64,000 nucleotides of DNA from a virus (taxonomy: Duplodnaviria; Caudoviricetes): positions 111,407-175,406 of IMG/VR virus record IMGVR_UViG_3300013426_000017; one strand, given 5' to 3'. Positions 10,554 through 19,148 of this stretch are shown here, one piece after another. The position numbers and the translations under genes are program-made. Below the pieces are notes generated by a model. That model saw only the letters and a list, made by a program, of their open reading frames with translations, was not told the DNA's origin and did no database searches. Each line of letters begins with the position of its first letter. The stretch's first letter is position 1.

Positions 10554-11062
10554 AATATGCAGGAATTGTAAAAAATGATACAGCGAATGCTCCAGGCGTC
10601 TGCGTATCATTCTACGCTCAAGGATGCGACCACCGGTGCTCGGGGTGTCATAACCCTGAGACTTGGGATTTCGAAGGCGGTAAGGAATTTACTCCCGATG
10701 TGTTAAAACAAATAGATAAAGCATTAGTCGCCAATGGCGTGCATCGTGATTTTTGTCTATTGGGCGGCGAACCACTACACGAGAAGAATTTAATGCTATC
10801 ATACCTATTAATTGAGCATATTCGCCAAATACATCCCGATGTAAAAATATATATTTGGTCTGGTTATTTATATGAAGATTTACTCGAAACAGCAAAAACC
10901 AACCATAAATTAAGATTCATATTAGATAATTCAGATTATTTAATAGATGGGCCATTTATCCTCGCAAAAAGGGATATAACCTTGTGGATGAGGGGCTCTC
11001 CCAATCAACGCATTTGGGATTTAAAAAATAAAAAAGAGATAAAGGAGAAAAATGAATTATGA
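10550..11062 (+). CDS. nrdG: Anaerobic RNR activating protein (radical SAM)
   Basis: QGCDHRCSGCHNPETWDF, LLGGEP, DGPF, RGSPNQR. ATGA overlap with nrdD. Confidence 0.95.
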   Translation: MKYAGIVKNDTANAPGVCVSFYAQGCDHRCSGCHNPETWDFEGGKEFTPDVLKQIDKALVANGVHRDFCLLGGEPLHEKNLMLSYLLIEHIRQIHPDVKIYIWSGYLYEDLLETAKTNHKLRFILDNSDYLIDGPFILAKRDITLWMRGSPNQRIWDLKNKKEIKEKNEL

Positions 11063-11400
11063 TAATTACATTGTGCGGCAGCACCAAATTCAAAGACTTA
11101 TTTTTCGCAGTTGCCCGAGAATTGACCCTAGCTGGTAACATAGTTCTCATGCCGATGGTATTTCATCATGCCGATAATGATGAATTGACTGAAGAGCAAA
11201 AAATTCGTCTTGATAATTTGCACAAGCTCAAGATTAATATGAGTGATGCAATTTATGTTATTAATTACGGCGGCTATATTGGAAAGTCCACCTACGGCGA
11301 AATCGACTGGGCTAGTAAGTTAAATAAACAAATATTTTTCTTGGAGAATGCAGAACAGACGCCAGTAGAAGGAGAGGCTAAGGAGGAAACTGAAGAATGA
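11059..11400 (+). CDS. Nucleoside deoxyribosyltransferase-like (Rossmann) protein
   Basis: ITLCGSTKF, KINMSDAIYVINYGGYIGKSTYGEI. Confidence 0.6.
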   Translation: MIITLCGSTKFKDLFFAVARELTLAGNIVLMPMVFHHADNDELTEEQKIRLDNLHKLKINMSDAIYVINYGGYIGKSTYGEIDWASKLNKQIFFLENAEQTPVEGEAKEETEE

Positions 11401-11915
11401 GAATTTATTTAGCCGGCCCCATATTTTTCTTGGGCGACAAATTTAGGAATGATTATTTTTATCAGAAACTAACTGAAGCTTTTCCTGATGCCGATATTTA
11501 TGACCCACTACAAAATACTGATATCAATGGGGTAGAAGGTAAAAAGAAATTTGCTGATTCCATAATGATTGCTCAAGCTGATAATGCTCGTCTTGATAAC
11601 ACTGATATACTTGTAGCTTGCATAGACGGCGATATAATTCCGTCAGGGACTAGCTCAGAGATCGGAAAGCTGCATGAGAAGATTCGTCATGGCGAAAAAA
11701 AGGCGTTAATTGGTATTTGCACAGATACAAGACAATGTTATTTAACTCATAGTGCCGAAAAAGATGCTGGAGGTTGCTCTCGTCTTGGTGAGCAGCAATA
11801 TTCCTATCAAAATTTATATACCACTGGATTAATTAATGAAGTTGGTGTGCTTGTTTCTAATATTGATGATGCTATCGAAGCCATTAAGCAAGCCAGGAAG
11901 GAGCTTGGCATATGA
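11397..11915 (+). CDS. Nucleoside 2-deoxyribosyltransferase family protein
   Basis: RIYLAGPIF, YDP, D..DILVA..D...SGTSSEIG, NLY. Confidence 0.8.
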   Translation: MRIYLAGPIFFLGDKFRNDYFYQKLTEAFPDADIYDPLQNTDINGVEGKKKFADSIMIAQADNARLDNTDILVACIDGDIIPSGTSSEIGKLHEKIRHGEKKALIGICTDTRQCYLTHSAEKDAGGCSRLGEQQYSYQNLYTTGLINEVGVLVSNIDDAIEAIKQARKELGI

Positions 11916-13165
11916 TTTATAATATTAATGATAGACCACCAATAGGTAAAATGATAGCATTTGCTATTCAGATGCTATTGTCAATATTTGTGGCGACCAC
12001 CCTCATTGCTCAAATATGTGGCGTCGCCACGTCTGGCGCGCTTGTAGGCGCCGGTCTCGCCACACTAATCTACCTCTTAGTGACTCGTGGACAATCTCCC
12101 ATGTTTATCTCGAATAGTGGGGCCTTTGTAGCGCCGGTTCTTCTAGCATTAGGCGCTGGTGGTTATACTGCTGTAGCAGTAGGTGGTTTAACTACTTGTA
12201 TTATTTATTGTCTATTCGGTTTTATATTTAGTCACACTTCGGTTGATAATATATATAAAGTCTTCCCCAAGTCTTTGATAGGCGCAATTACAGTAGTCAT
12301 TGGTATTAACCTCATGCCTTTTATTCTTACTTATGTTCAAGTTGGTGGCGAGGTTAATATGTGGGGTGTTTCTGTAGCGATGATAACTATGTTGGCTACG
12401 GCTATTGTTTCTCATTATGCCAAGGGTCTTTGGAAAATACTCCCATTCCTTGTGGGTATATTAGTAGGCTATGTTTGCGCCATTATTCTTACATTAACTG
12501 GTCTTTGTCCAATGGTTGATTTTAGTGTGTTTACTAACCTTTCATTGTTTAGCATGCCCAACTTTGCATTTACACTTATGCATCCTGTAGCTTGGTCGGT
12601 TCTCATCCCTGTTATTATAGTTTATATTGCATATACCATTAGTGCAATGATGGAATGTCTGAGTGATCATGCTGCTTTGGGTGGTATTATTGGCGTTGAC
12701 CTCTATCGCAAGCCCGGCTTGAGCCGAATTTTCTGCGGCGAGGGCCTTGCTAACTTATTTAGCGCATGTGTAGGTGGCTTGGGTGCTTGTAGTTATGGTG
12801 AATCTGTAGCATGTATTGGTTTCTCCAAGGTTGCTTCTGTATGGGTCACTGGCTTAGCTTCAATCTTTCTTATCATTCTTGGTTTCTTGGCGCCAGTGCA
12901 AGCCTTTATCGCCTCTATACCTAGCTGCGTATTCGCAGGTAGTGCAGTTATTTTGTATGGGTTCATAGCTTGTAGCGGCATAAAAATGTTGCAGCATGTT
13001 GATTTAAATATTCAAAAGAATTTAATTATTGTATCTGTTATTTTATCTCTTGGTATCAGCGGTATAGCAATTGGCGGCGCCACATTCTCACTTAGTGCCA
13101 CTGCCCTTGCCCTTGTAGTTGGTATTATATTAAATTTTATTTTGCGTGATAATAAAAAAAGTTGA
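11912..13165 (+). CDS. NCS2-family nucleobase (uracil) permease, UraA/PyrP-like
   Basis: 417-aa polytopic membrane protein. Q.LLS.F.AT, PMFISNSGAF, MMECLSDH, GEGLA, SYGES signature, LYGFIA.SG, NL.IVS..L..G. Confidence 0.88.
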   Translation: MIYNINDRPPIGKMIAFAIQMLLSIFVATTLIAQICGVATSGALVGAGLATLIYLLVTRGQSPMFISNSGAFVAPVLLALGAGGYTAVAVGGLTTCIIYCLFGFIFSHTSVDNIYKVFPKSLIGAITVVIGINLMPFILTYVQVGGEVNMWGVSVAMITMLATAIVSHYAKGLWKILPFLVGILVGYVCAIILTLTGLCPMVDFSVFTNLSLFSMPNFAFTLMHPVAWSVLIPVIIVYIAYTISAMMECLSDHAALGGIIGVDLYRKPGLSRIFCGEGLANLFSACVGGLGACSYGESVACIGFSKVASVWVTGLASIFLIILGFLAPVQAFIASIPSCVFAGSAVILYGFIACSGIKMLQHVDLNIQKNLIIVSVILSLGISGIAIGGATFSLSATALALVVGIILNFILRDNKKS

Positions 13166-13190
13166 CGTAGAATAAAAAATATGATACAAT
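13162..13190 (+). promoter_or_regulatory. SigmaA/sigma70-type promoter
   Basis: TTGACG-17-TACAAT with extended -10 TG, upstream of 13214. Confidence 0.75.
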
Positions 13191-13213
13191 AAAATAAAAA
13201 AAGAGGTAAAGTA

Positions 13214-13723
13214 ATGATAACAGTTCCTAATAAGCAAGTCTTGTTTGCCTTACCCCGTGCCCCAAAAGACAATGAGCTTGCTGTGTGTGAAGATACACAG
13301 CAAGCCTATGTGGGCAAAGATGGCAAATGGGAACCAATGGATACCAAAAGCGAAGTAAAAGTTAATTTGTATGAAATTAATAAAACAGTAATGGCTCAAA
13401 TGAAGCCATTAAATCTCAAACAGCGTCTTGAAGCGGCTGAAGTTATTAAAGAATTTTGTGGCGGCGCCACATCTGATAACTATTACATGTTGCTCTGCAA
13501 AGATTTAAATTATTATACAATATTTACAGTTAAGAATAACAACATAGGCTCAACTCCAATAGCGTCAACTGCTCTGAAGTGTGCTGAAGATATGGGCCAG
13601 ATTGTTAGCGTAGAAAAAAATAATGATATGAATAGTATTGAAATTTGGATTAAAGATAAAGATGATGCATATTGTATGATATTTTTCGACTATACAGCGG
13701 GCGTTGTTCCAGTAAAGGTGTGA
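13214..13723 (+). CDS. Hypothetical phage protein
   Basis: 169-aa ORF with RBS AGAGGT. No motif recognised. Confidence 0.75.
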   Translation: MITVPNKQVLFALPRAPKDNELAVCEDTQQAYVGKDGKWEPMDTKSEVKVNLYEINKTVMAQMKPLNLKQRLEAAEVIKEFCGGATSDNYYMLLCKDLNYYTIFTVKNNNIGSTPIASTALKCAEDMGQIVSVEKNNDMNSIEIWIKDKDDAYCMIFFDYTAGVVPVKV

Positions 13724-13728
13724 ATAAA

Positions 13729-13989
13729 ATGAAAAAAATAATTTGTCATATTGAATTATGGGATACCTATCAGCATCCCATTCTCTTGGATTGTGGGCAG
13801 ATTACTGAATTGCCAGAATGTTCACTTGACAAGTTAGATGAAGTATTAGCCTTGTATAGCAAGGAATATGATACAAATGCAATTGCCCTATATGGCGCAA
13901 GGGTATTTAATGAAAAGCTAGCTCATGATATTTATGAGTATGGCGCCACCCATTATGGAATAAATGATTTAGAAATAGAGGTAAATTAA
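13729..13989 (+). CDS. Hypothetical protein
   Basis: MKKIICHIELWD..., RBS AAAGGTG. Start moved from 13672 to 13729. Confidence 0.7.
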   Translation: MKKIICHIELWDTYQHPILLDCGQITELPECSLDKLDEVLALYSKEYDTNAIALYGARVFNEKLAHDIYEYGATHYGINDLEIEVN

Positions 13990-14252
13990 TGAAGCATCTA
14001 ATTAAAGTCCAGGAAGTCTATCGTGTTAATACCGACGCAGAAGCCGAGGCATTGATTGCTGAGGCTAAGAATGATGATCGGTTTGTTCTTGTTAAATATA
14101 ATTGCGAATCCAAAGAGGTAAAAGCTAAGGGTGAGATTATTGATGAATATATCCGTATTACCCTGAATAAAGTATTTACTGATGAAAAAATGCCTGATAG
14201 TAAGGTAAGTATTGATTATGTAATTGAGGAACCTAATTATGGCACGTTTTGA
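13989..14252 (+). CDS. Hypothetical protein
   Basis: 87-aa ORF, TAATG-coupled, RBS AGAGGT. Confidence 0.7.
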   Translation: MKHLIKVQEVYRVNTDAEAEALIAEAKNDDRFVLVKYNCESKEVKAKGEIIDEYIRITLNKVFTDEKMPDSKVSIDYVIEEPNYGTF

Positions 14253-14778
14253 GAAAGTATCTAAATACGCAGATGTCGATCTCACGATGCCCAGCCGCGC
14301 TACTGAGTATTCAGCAGGATATGATTTGTATGTGGCGGAGGACACTATAATTCCCCCTATTAGCGAACATATTCATGCTATGAAAACTGCATCTGGTAAT
14401 CCTGTTGGTCGAGTTCTCACGCTCGACCAAATGAAAGATATGACTAAGACCCTTGGCGCCAAGCCCACACTCGTTCCTACTGGAATGAAATGTAAACTTG
14501 AGAATAGAACATACTTGAAGCTTGTTCCTCGTAGTTCTACGCCCCTCAAGTATTGGTTGGTCATGGCGAATGGGGAAGGAATAATCGACGCCGATTACTA
14601 CAATAGTCCGGAGTCCGAGGGCGCCATATACCTGCAACTCATTAATCTTTCACCATTCCCTATCAAACTCCAGAAAGGTGATTGTGTGGCGCAGGGCATT
14701 ATTTGTCCCTACGGCTTGACTGAAGATGATATGCATGGCGGCAAGCGTATGGGCGGACATGGGAGCACTACCACGTGA
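14239..14778 (+). CDS. dut: Trimeric dUTPase
   Basis: SAGYDL, VPTG, PRSS, GIIDADYY, AQGI, R.GGHGST. Confidence 0.93.
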   Translation: MARFEKVSKYADVDLTMPSRATEYSAGYDLYVAEDTIIPPISEHIHAMKTASGNPVGRVLTLDQMKDMTKTLGAKPTLVPTGMKCKLENRTYLKLVPRSSTPLKYWLVMANGEGIIDADYYNSPESEGAIYLQLINLSPFPIKLQKGDCVAQGIICPYGLTEDDMHGGKRMGGHGSTTT

Positions 14779-15257
14779 TTCTTTTAGCGTTAGACCAAGC
14801 CTCATAGACATCTGGTTACGCAATATTTGATGAACAAGAATAGTTAATCACTAGTGGCGCATTTACAATATCTGGGCCATTAGAAAAACGATTAATGAAA
14901 ATACGATAGAAAATTTAGCAATTAATTACAAAATATAATATTACAGAAGTTGTATTAGAAGATATCCAAATGGAAAAGGGTGTAGGTAATAATGTAGTAA
15001 CATTTAAAGCACTTGCTGAAGTAATTGGTGTTATTACAGAGTTACTTGCCGAATTAAAAATTCCATTCAAGATTATCCCCTCATCTACGTGGCGCAGTGG
15101 CCTTGGCATTAAGGGTAATTAGCGTTCGGTTTATAAGAAGAATGCCCAAATGTTTGTGGAAAAAAATTATTCCAAAGCCGCCACAGAAGATGAATCTGAT
15201 GCTATTTGTATTGGAACCCATTATATTAGAAATGAAAAAATGTCCTCGGCGTTCTGA
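14775..15257 (+). CDS. RuvC-like Holliday junction resolvase (160 aa, 5 in-frame TAG)
   Basis: GTG start overlaps the dut stop. MILLALDQAS[TAG]TSGYAIF, VVLEDIQ, PSSTWR, TEDESDAICIG give the RuvC D/E/D catalytic pattern. Absent from the ORF track because of the TAGs. Confidence 0.87.
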
Positions 15258-15275
15258 CGCACGAGGACAATTTTA
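15241..15275 (+). terminator. Hairpin at end of the replication operon
   Basis: TGTCCTCG..GCGT-TCTG-ACGC..CGAGGACA followed by ATTTT. Confidence 0.5.
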
Positions 15276-15309
15276 ATTAATGTATAACAACAGAAAATCA
15301 TAATATAAT
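15265..15309 (+). promoter_or_regulatory. Putative promoter with shared upstream motif
   Basis: GGACAA-N5-ATTAAT-N22-TATAAT upstream of 15350. Confidence 0.6.
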
Positions 15310-15349
15310 AGGAGCATACGAGTATTTCAGGAAAGGGGGAAATTAATCT

Positions 15350-15874
15350 ATGTTGGAATTTATAGCACAATACTGGCTGGAATTTGTATTAGGCATCGTC
15401 GCTGCTGGACTAATTGGTCTAGCTAAATATTTTTGGGGCTTATTTAAAAAGCACATTAAAGAAACTCTTACAAATGAGATTAGCGCCATGACAACTACTA
15501 TACAAAAGTCCATGGAAGCTAATGATGAGAAACTGGGTATCCAAATCAATAAACTAGATCAAAAGATTACTGATTTGGAACAAAAGGCCACCCAAACGGC
15601 CGCCACAGAAAAAGGCTTGGATGATAGGCTCGACAAACTCGAAGAAGATCTTACAATTCTCAAGGATGGCGTTTTGTCCATCCAAAAACAACAATTTATG
15701 GACGAATGCAAAACACTCATTAATTAGGAAACGCCAATTGAGTATGAACAATATGAAAAAATAACCAATGAGCATCGGGTATATAATGCACTTGGCGGAA
15801 ACCATGATGGTGATGAGTTATATAAACTTGTATTTAATAAGTATAGCGGCCAGTTAGAACATACACAGAAATAA
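15350..15874 (+). CDS. Holin-like single-pass membrane protein (174 aa, 1 in-frame TAG)
   Basis: N-terminal TM helix and coiled coil. After TAG 15725 it continues to YNALGGNHDGDELY, a YxxLGGN motif I recall from Firmicute phage lysis-region proteins. Confidence 0.65.
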
Positions 15875-15924
15875 AAAAATGGGGAACTAATACTGTGAAT
15901 ATTAGTTCCCCGATTTATTTTTTA
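15875..15924. terminator. Bidirectional intrinsic terminator between convergent genome arms
   Basis: A-run, GGGGAACTAATA-loop-TATTAGTTCCCC, T-rich run. Confidence 0.85.
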
Positions 15925-16233
15925 TTCTGTCATACGAGTAAATATTTTATTAGTTGTATCTATGATTTCCTAACCATAAGTAGCAATAAGGTCTGCTAGT
16001 AATTCTTCTTGCTAGACATTTAATTCTACATTATAGCTAAACATCGCCGCGTGTGTTATTTCATGGCACAGCACTTTTTTCATGCGCTCTGGTGATAAAT
16101 TTTCATTGATATAAATTGTTTTCGACTCATCATCACATGAACCAATGGCTAATGTGCCATTACTACGGATTAATTTAGGATGAATAGTGGATGTTAATGC
16201 AATCATCCACTATTCACCATTTATCTTGAACAT
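15922..16233 (-). CDS. Small HEXXH metallopeptidase-like protein (103 aa, 3 in-frame TAG)
   Basis: MFKINGE[TAG]WMI...G.CD...IYINENL...VLCHEITHA...[TAG]QEELLAD. Minimal zincin (ImmA/IrrE-like) layout. Confidence 0.75.
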
Positions 16234-16234
16234 C

Positions 16235-16804
16235 TCATTTTATCTTTGCTGCTAGAGCGGAAATCTTGCTTTGTAGCATCTGCTTTTCTTCGGGCGATGC
16301 ATCATCAATCATTTCTGCAATATCAACAGAGAGTTCTTGCATGTAATGTTCCAAATCCTTTAGCTGAGTTGTTTTATCTTTATGTAATTCTTTCGATTCC
16401 ATATACATTTTACGGCTCATAGGGCTGCGTCCTTCGCGCCTATCCCGCAATTCCATGGGATAAGGGCGTTCAGTATAATACGTGGCGCCGCCCGATTTAC
16501 CGGTCTCATAACCACCAGTATCATGCCCGCCAGACCTGTCGCCGCCATAATACATACGACCATAATCTTTATCCATGTCTCTTAGATAATCTCTGCTGTA
16601 TGGACGATACTCGGTGTAATATTTTTTTTCTTCTTCGCTCTTCTCCATGGCTTCGGTAATCTTCGCGTAGTAGCAGGCCTCCTCCATATCCTTGATCATG
16701 TCTACTACTTCACCAAGTTCTTTTGCATCAACTTGATCGAGCTTGCCCATTTGGCCACTGACCTGAGTTATCAAGCAATCTTTAATGCTTTTTAATCTTT
16801 CCAT
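16235..16804 (-). CDS. Hypothetical protein of the six-gene module (charged, helical, Tyr/Arg/Gly-rich middle)
   Basis: 189-aa ORF, LGEVVDMIKDMEEACYY...EEKQMLQSKI. Confidence 0.8.
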   Translation of the reverse strand: MERLKSIKDCLITQVSGQMGKLDQVDAKELGEVVDMIKDMEEACYYAKITEAMEKSEEEKKYYTEYRPYSRDYLRDMDKDYGRMYYGGDRSGGHDTGGYETGKSGGATYYTERPYPMELRDRREGRSPMSRKMYMESKELHKDKTTQLKDLEHYMQELSVDIAEMIDDASPEEKQMLQSKISALAAKIK

Positions 16805-16805
16805 A

Positions 16806-17225
16806 TTACGCCACCCTTTCTACTATTAAGCTAGCGTTCTGAACATCTACTGCAACCGTAGAGGTATTCTCAACACTAACTTGTGTGCAGCATCCAGAAG
16901 GAACGTTCAAGAACAACGTGCGAGAAACATTAAAGAATTCCTCAACGGCTGCTGGGGTTACTATCATTTGGGTTGCTGATACAGGTTCGCCATTAATTGC
17001 AATTGCTAACTGAATTGGACCGGCAGTTCCGCCAGTAGGCAGTGCAATGTTGGCGCCGAAGGTCACGCGAAATCTGGCGCGACTCTGGTTAGTTATGCCG
17101 CGGAGGGTAATGAGACCGCTACCCTCTCTGTGCATAATGGAACAGCTACCAGCAACAGCAGTATTAGTAAATTCTACATTAGAGCCGGCATTAACCGTCT
17201 ATAAAGCATTGGCTGTTATTTCCAT
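16806..17225 (-). CDS. Beta-sandwich protein, possibly BclA-C/TNF-like (139 aa, 1 in-frame TAG)
   Basis: RBS AGGAGG. MEITANAL[TAG]TVNAGSNVEF...FRVTFGANI...LAIAINGEP...VSVENTS...NASLIVERVA. Alternative ATG at 17231. Confidence 0.7.
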
Positions 17226-17245
17226 AATCATTTACCTCCTGTTAA

Positions 17246-18318
17246 TTAACCGTTGCAGTTACAAGTGTTACCATAAAGGTAATTGCATCCGCCGTAGGAA
17301 GCATAGGGATTCTGCACAACGTATGCAGGAATAGGTGCGCGCTGTGCCAGCTGAGATACGAGGTATGCATTTTGCTCACTCTGAGAAATCTGACCACGAA
17401 GCGAAGCATTCTCTGCATTAAGCATATCAAGTTTATCCTGAACAAGGAAGTCAAGAATAGAACGCATGCTAGCGTTAGTGTTGTCAATAATGTCACGTGC
17501 TGCATCCTGAGTAGCGCGACGATTCTCACAAGCCTGGCTCGCCAAATTGTAGTTTAAGTCGGCAAATGAACTCTGAATAAGCTGTTTTGCATCGCAGCAG
17601 CACTGTGCTTGCTGAGCGGCCATTGCAGCTAACTGACTATTGGTCTGATAATGTGCATCAATGATCGCACCAGTAATAGCATTGGTATTCTGCAAGTTGG
17701 TCATGCCCATGTTACAGATATCACTTTGGATATTACGTGCACTACCATTTACAGTCTCATTGACACCCGAGAAACCAGCCAAGAGGCTAGAGTTAAGACC
17801 ATAAGCACTATTAGCAACATCGCTAGTGATACCACGGATGCCACTTCTAATATCGCTAAGATCGAAACCATAAGTGAGTTCGTCGCGAGTAAGAGCACCC
17901 TGATAGCCTGCACCGTTGGAGCCATTATTGCCACCCCAACCGCCGCCCCAGCCAGCGAAGCAAAACAGAAACAGGATGATGATCCCAATAATGTTACCCT
18001 ATAGGCTTTTTATCCTATAGTTCTAATACTTGAATTCGTATTAGTTCAGCATATCTTTTTAATTTTTGTATTTTATCAAAAATTATCGCGGCCTCGTGGT
18101 AGGATTATATCTTTTCACCTACTATGCGTTGCCCCTGACTAGTCTTAGACTAGCCTTCGGTTCGGATTAGCATCTCAGCCTTCCCGCTTAATTCCGCGAT
18201 TTAACCATGGCAAATCATCTTACCATGCACCGTCTCCGCCCCACATGCCGCCATTGCGGTCGTTACCAGTAGCCGCAGCTATGTCAGACAAGCTGTAGCC
18301 CGAATTTGTGTTGAACAT
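17246..18318 (-). CDS. Gly-rich membrane/coiled-coil protein, 278 aa; join(complement 18318..18222, 17985..17246)
   Basis: MFNTNSGYSLSDIAAATG...GGDGAW-W-IIILFLFCFAGWGGGWGG...AQCCCDAK...coiled coil...PIPAYVVQNP..CNCNG after intron removal. RBS AAAGGGG. Confidence 0.85.
17986..18221 (-). mobile_element. ORF-less group I intron (236 nt)
   Basis: Minus strand: P1 CATGGT/GCCATG (U.G), IGS GATGATTT pairs the 3' exon GGATCATC, P3 ATCGCGG/CCGCGAT, P7 GCATA/TATGC in AAGATATGC, P9 hairpins, terminal G. Removal restores the frame. Confidence 0.88.
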
Positions 18319-18348
18319 ATTAAATGTCCCCTTTCATAAAATATATTT

Positions 18349-18591
18349 TTACAACCCCAAATTATTTTTGAAGTTTGTAAATTCTTGATCAAAATCTACG
18401 CCACGAGAAGCGCAGAAGTTGCGGGCAAATTGTTCAATACCTTGAGCATTATTATTCTGGGCTAATGATAATAAGTTTGCTCCAACAGGATTAGATTGAG
18501 CTTGGTTCTGAAGCATATTAAGCATTAACTGTTGAGGATTTTGCCCACTTTTAATCATTTGAATTAATTGCATAGGATTCATTTGCGGCAT
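18349..18591 (-). CDS. Small Met/Gln/Asn-rich helical protein (NP repeats, STI1-like appearance)
   Basis: MNPMQLIQMI..QNPQQLMLNML..SNPVG. RBS GAGGTG. Confidence 0.75.
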   Translation of the reverse strand: MPQMNPMQLIQMIKSGQNPQQLMLNMLQNQAQSNPVGANLLSLAQNNNAQGIEQFARNFCASRGVDFDQEFTNFKNNLGL

Positions 18592-18607
18592 TGTAATTCA
18601 CCTCACT

Positions 18608-18985
18608 TTAAAATTTGTATGGCGCCGGCTCGGTTTGTGCCTCATTAGTCGGCGTGGTAGTAGGTGCGCTAGGTCTAGGCTGCGCCACTAACTCTTGAAT
18701 CTTTAGCAATGCGCTTTCAAATTCTGCTCTTGTGACGTAATCAGCTGTAGGCGCTACTGGCATAGGCTTCAGTTCATACATATTCAATGTAGCAGTTCCA
18801 TCCATATTAATTTGTTTAGTATATATTTTCTTATTCGCCAAATCAGGAAAATAAAATACTGAACCATCAAAATCAATGGAGAGCGCACGAGCTTCTTCAA
18901 GAGAGGACACAGGGCGTCCTTTCAATGAGTAAGAAGGCTGCCTAGGCGGTTGAGTTGGTGCTTGGAAATAATTATTACTATACAT
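18608..18985 (-). CDS. Hypothetical protein, first gene of the six-gene module
   Basis: LKGRPVSSLEEARA..DFDGSVFYFPD..KIYTKQINMDG..YVTRAEF. Start at 18985 or 18994. Confidence 0.78.
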   Translation of the reverse strand: MYSNNYFQAPTQPPRQPSYSLKGRPVSSLEEARALSIDFDGSVFYFPDLANKKIYTKQINMDGTATLNMYELKPMPVAPTADYVTRAEFESALLKIQELVAQPRPSAPTTTPTNEAQTEPAPYKF

Positions 18986-19015
18986 TGCTAACATCCTTTC
19001 ACTATTTTTCTTTCC

Positions 19016-19060
19016 ATTATATATTGGAAATTGGGATAGAATGATTAATCTACTTTGACA
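19016..19060 (-). promoter_or_regulatory. Putative promoter of the six-gene module with shared motif
   Basis: TGTCAA-N5-ATTAAT-N22-TATAAT. Confidence 0.6.
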
Positions 19061-19095
19061 ATGTTTGTAAAATTTTTTGTTACAAATTTTTGGGC

Positions 19096-19138
19096 AAAAA
19101 AATAAGGGACATCCTAAAAATTAGGATGTCCCTTTTTT
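19096..19138. terminator. Intrinsic terminator after holin
   Basis: AAGGGACATCCTAA-AAA-TTAGGATGTCCCTT flanked by A and T runs. Confidence 0.85.
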
Positions 19139-19148
19139 CTATTATATA

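Noticed and set aside
14775-15257. RuvC ORF as a TnpB/Cas12-like RNA-guided nuclease
   Set aside because: Only 160 aa with contiguous RuvC motifs, no zinc finger or REC/WED region, and no adjacent ncRNA or array. It fits a stand-alone resolvase.
17986-18221. Structured spacer as riboswitch or intergenic sRNA
   Set aside because: P1/P10/P3/P7 pairings and precise restoration of the reading frame identify it as a group I intron.
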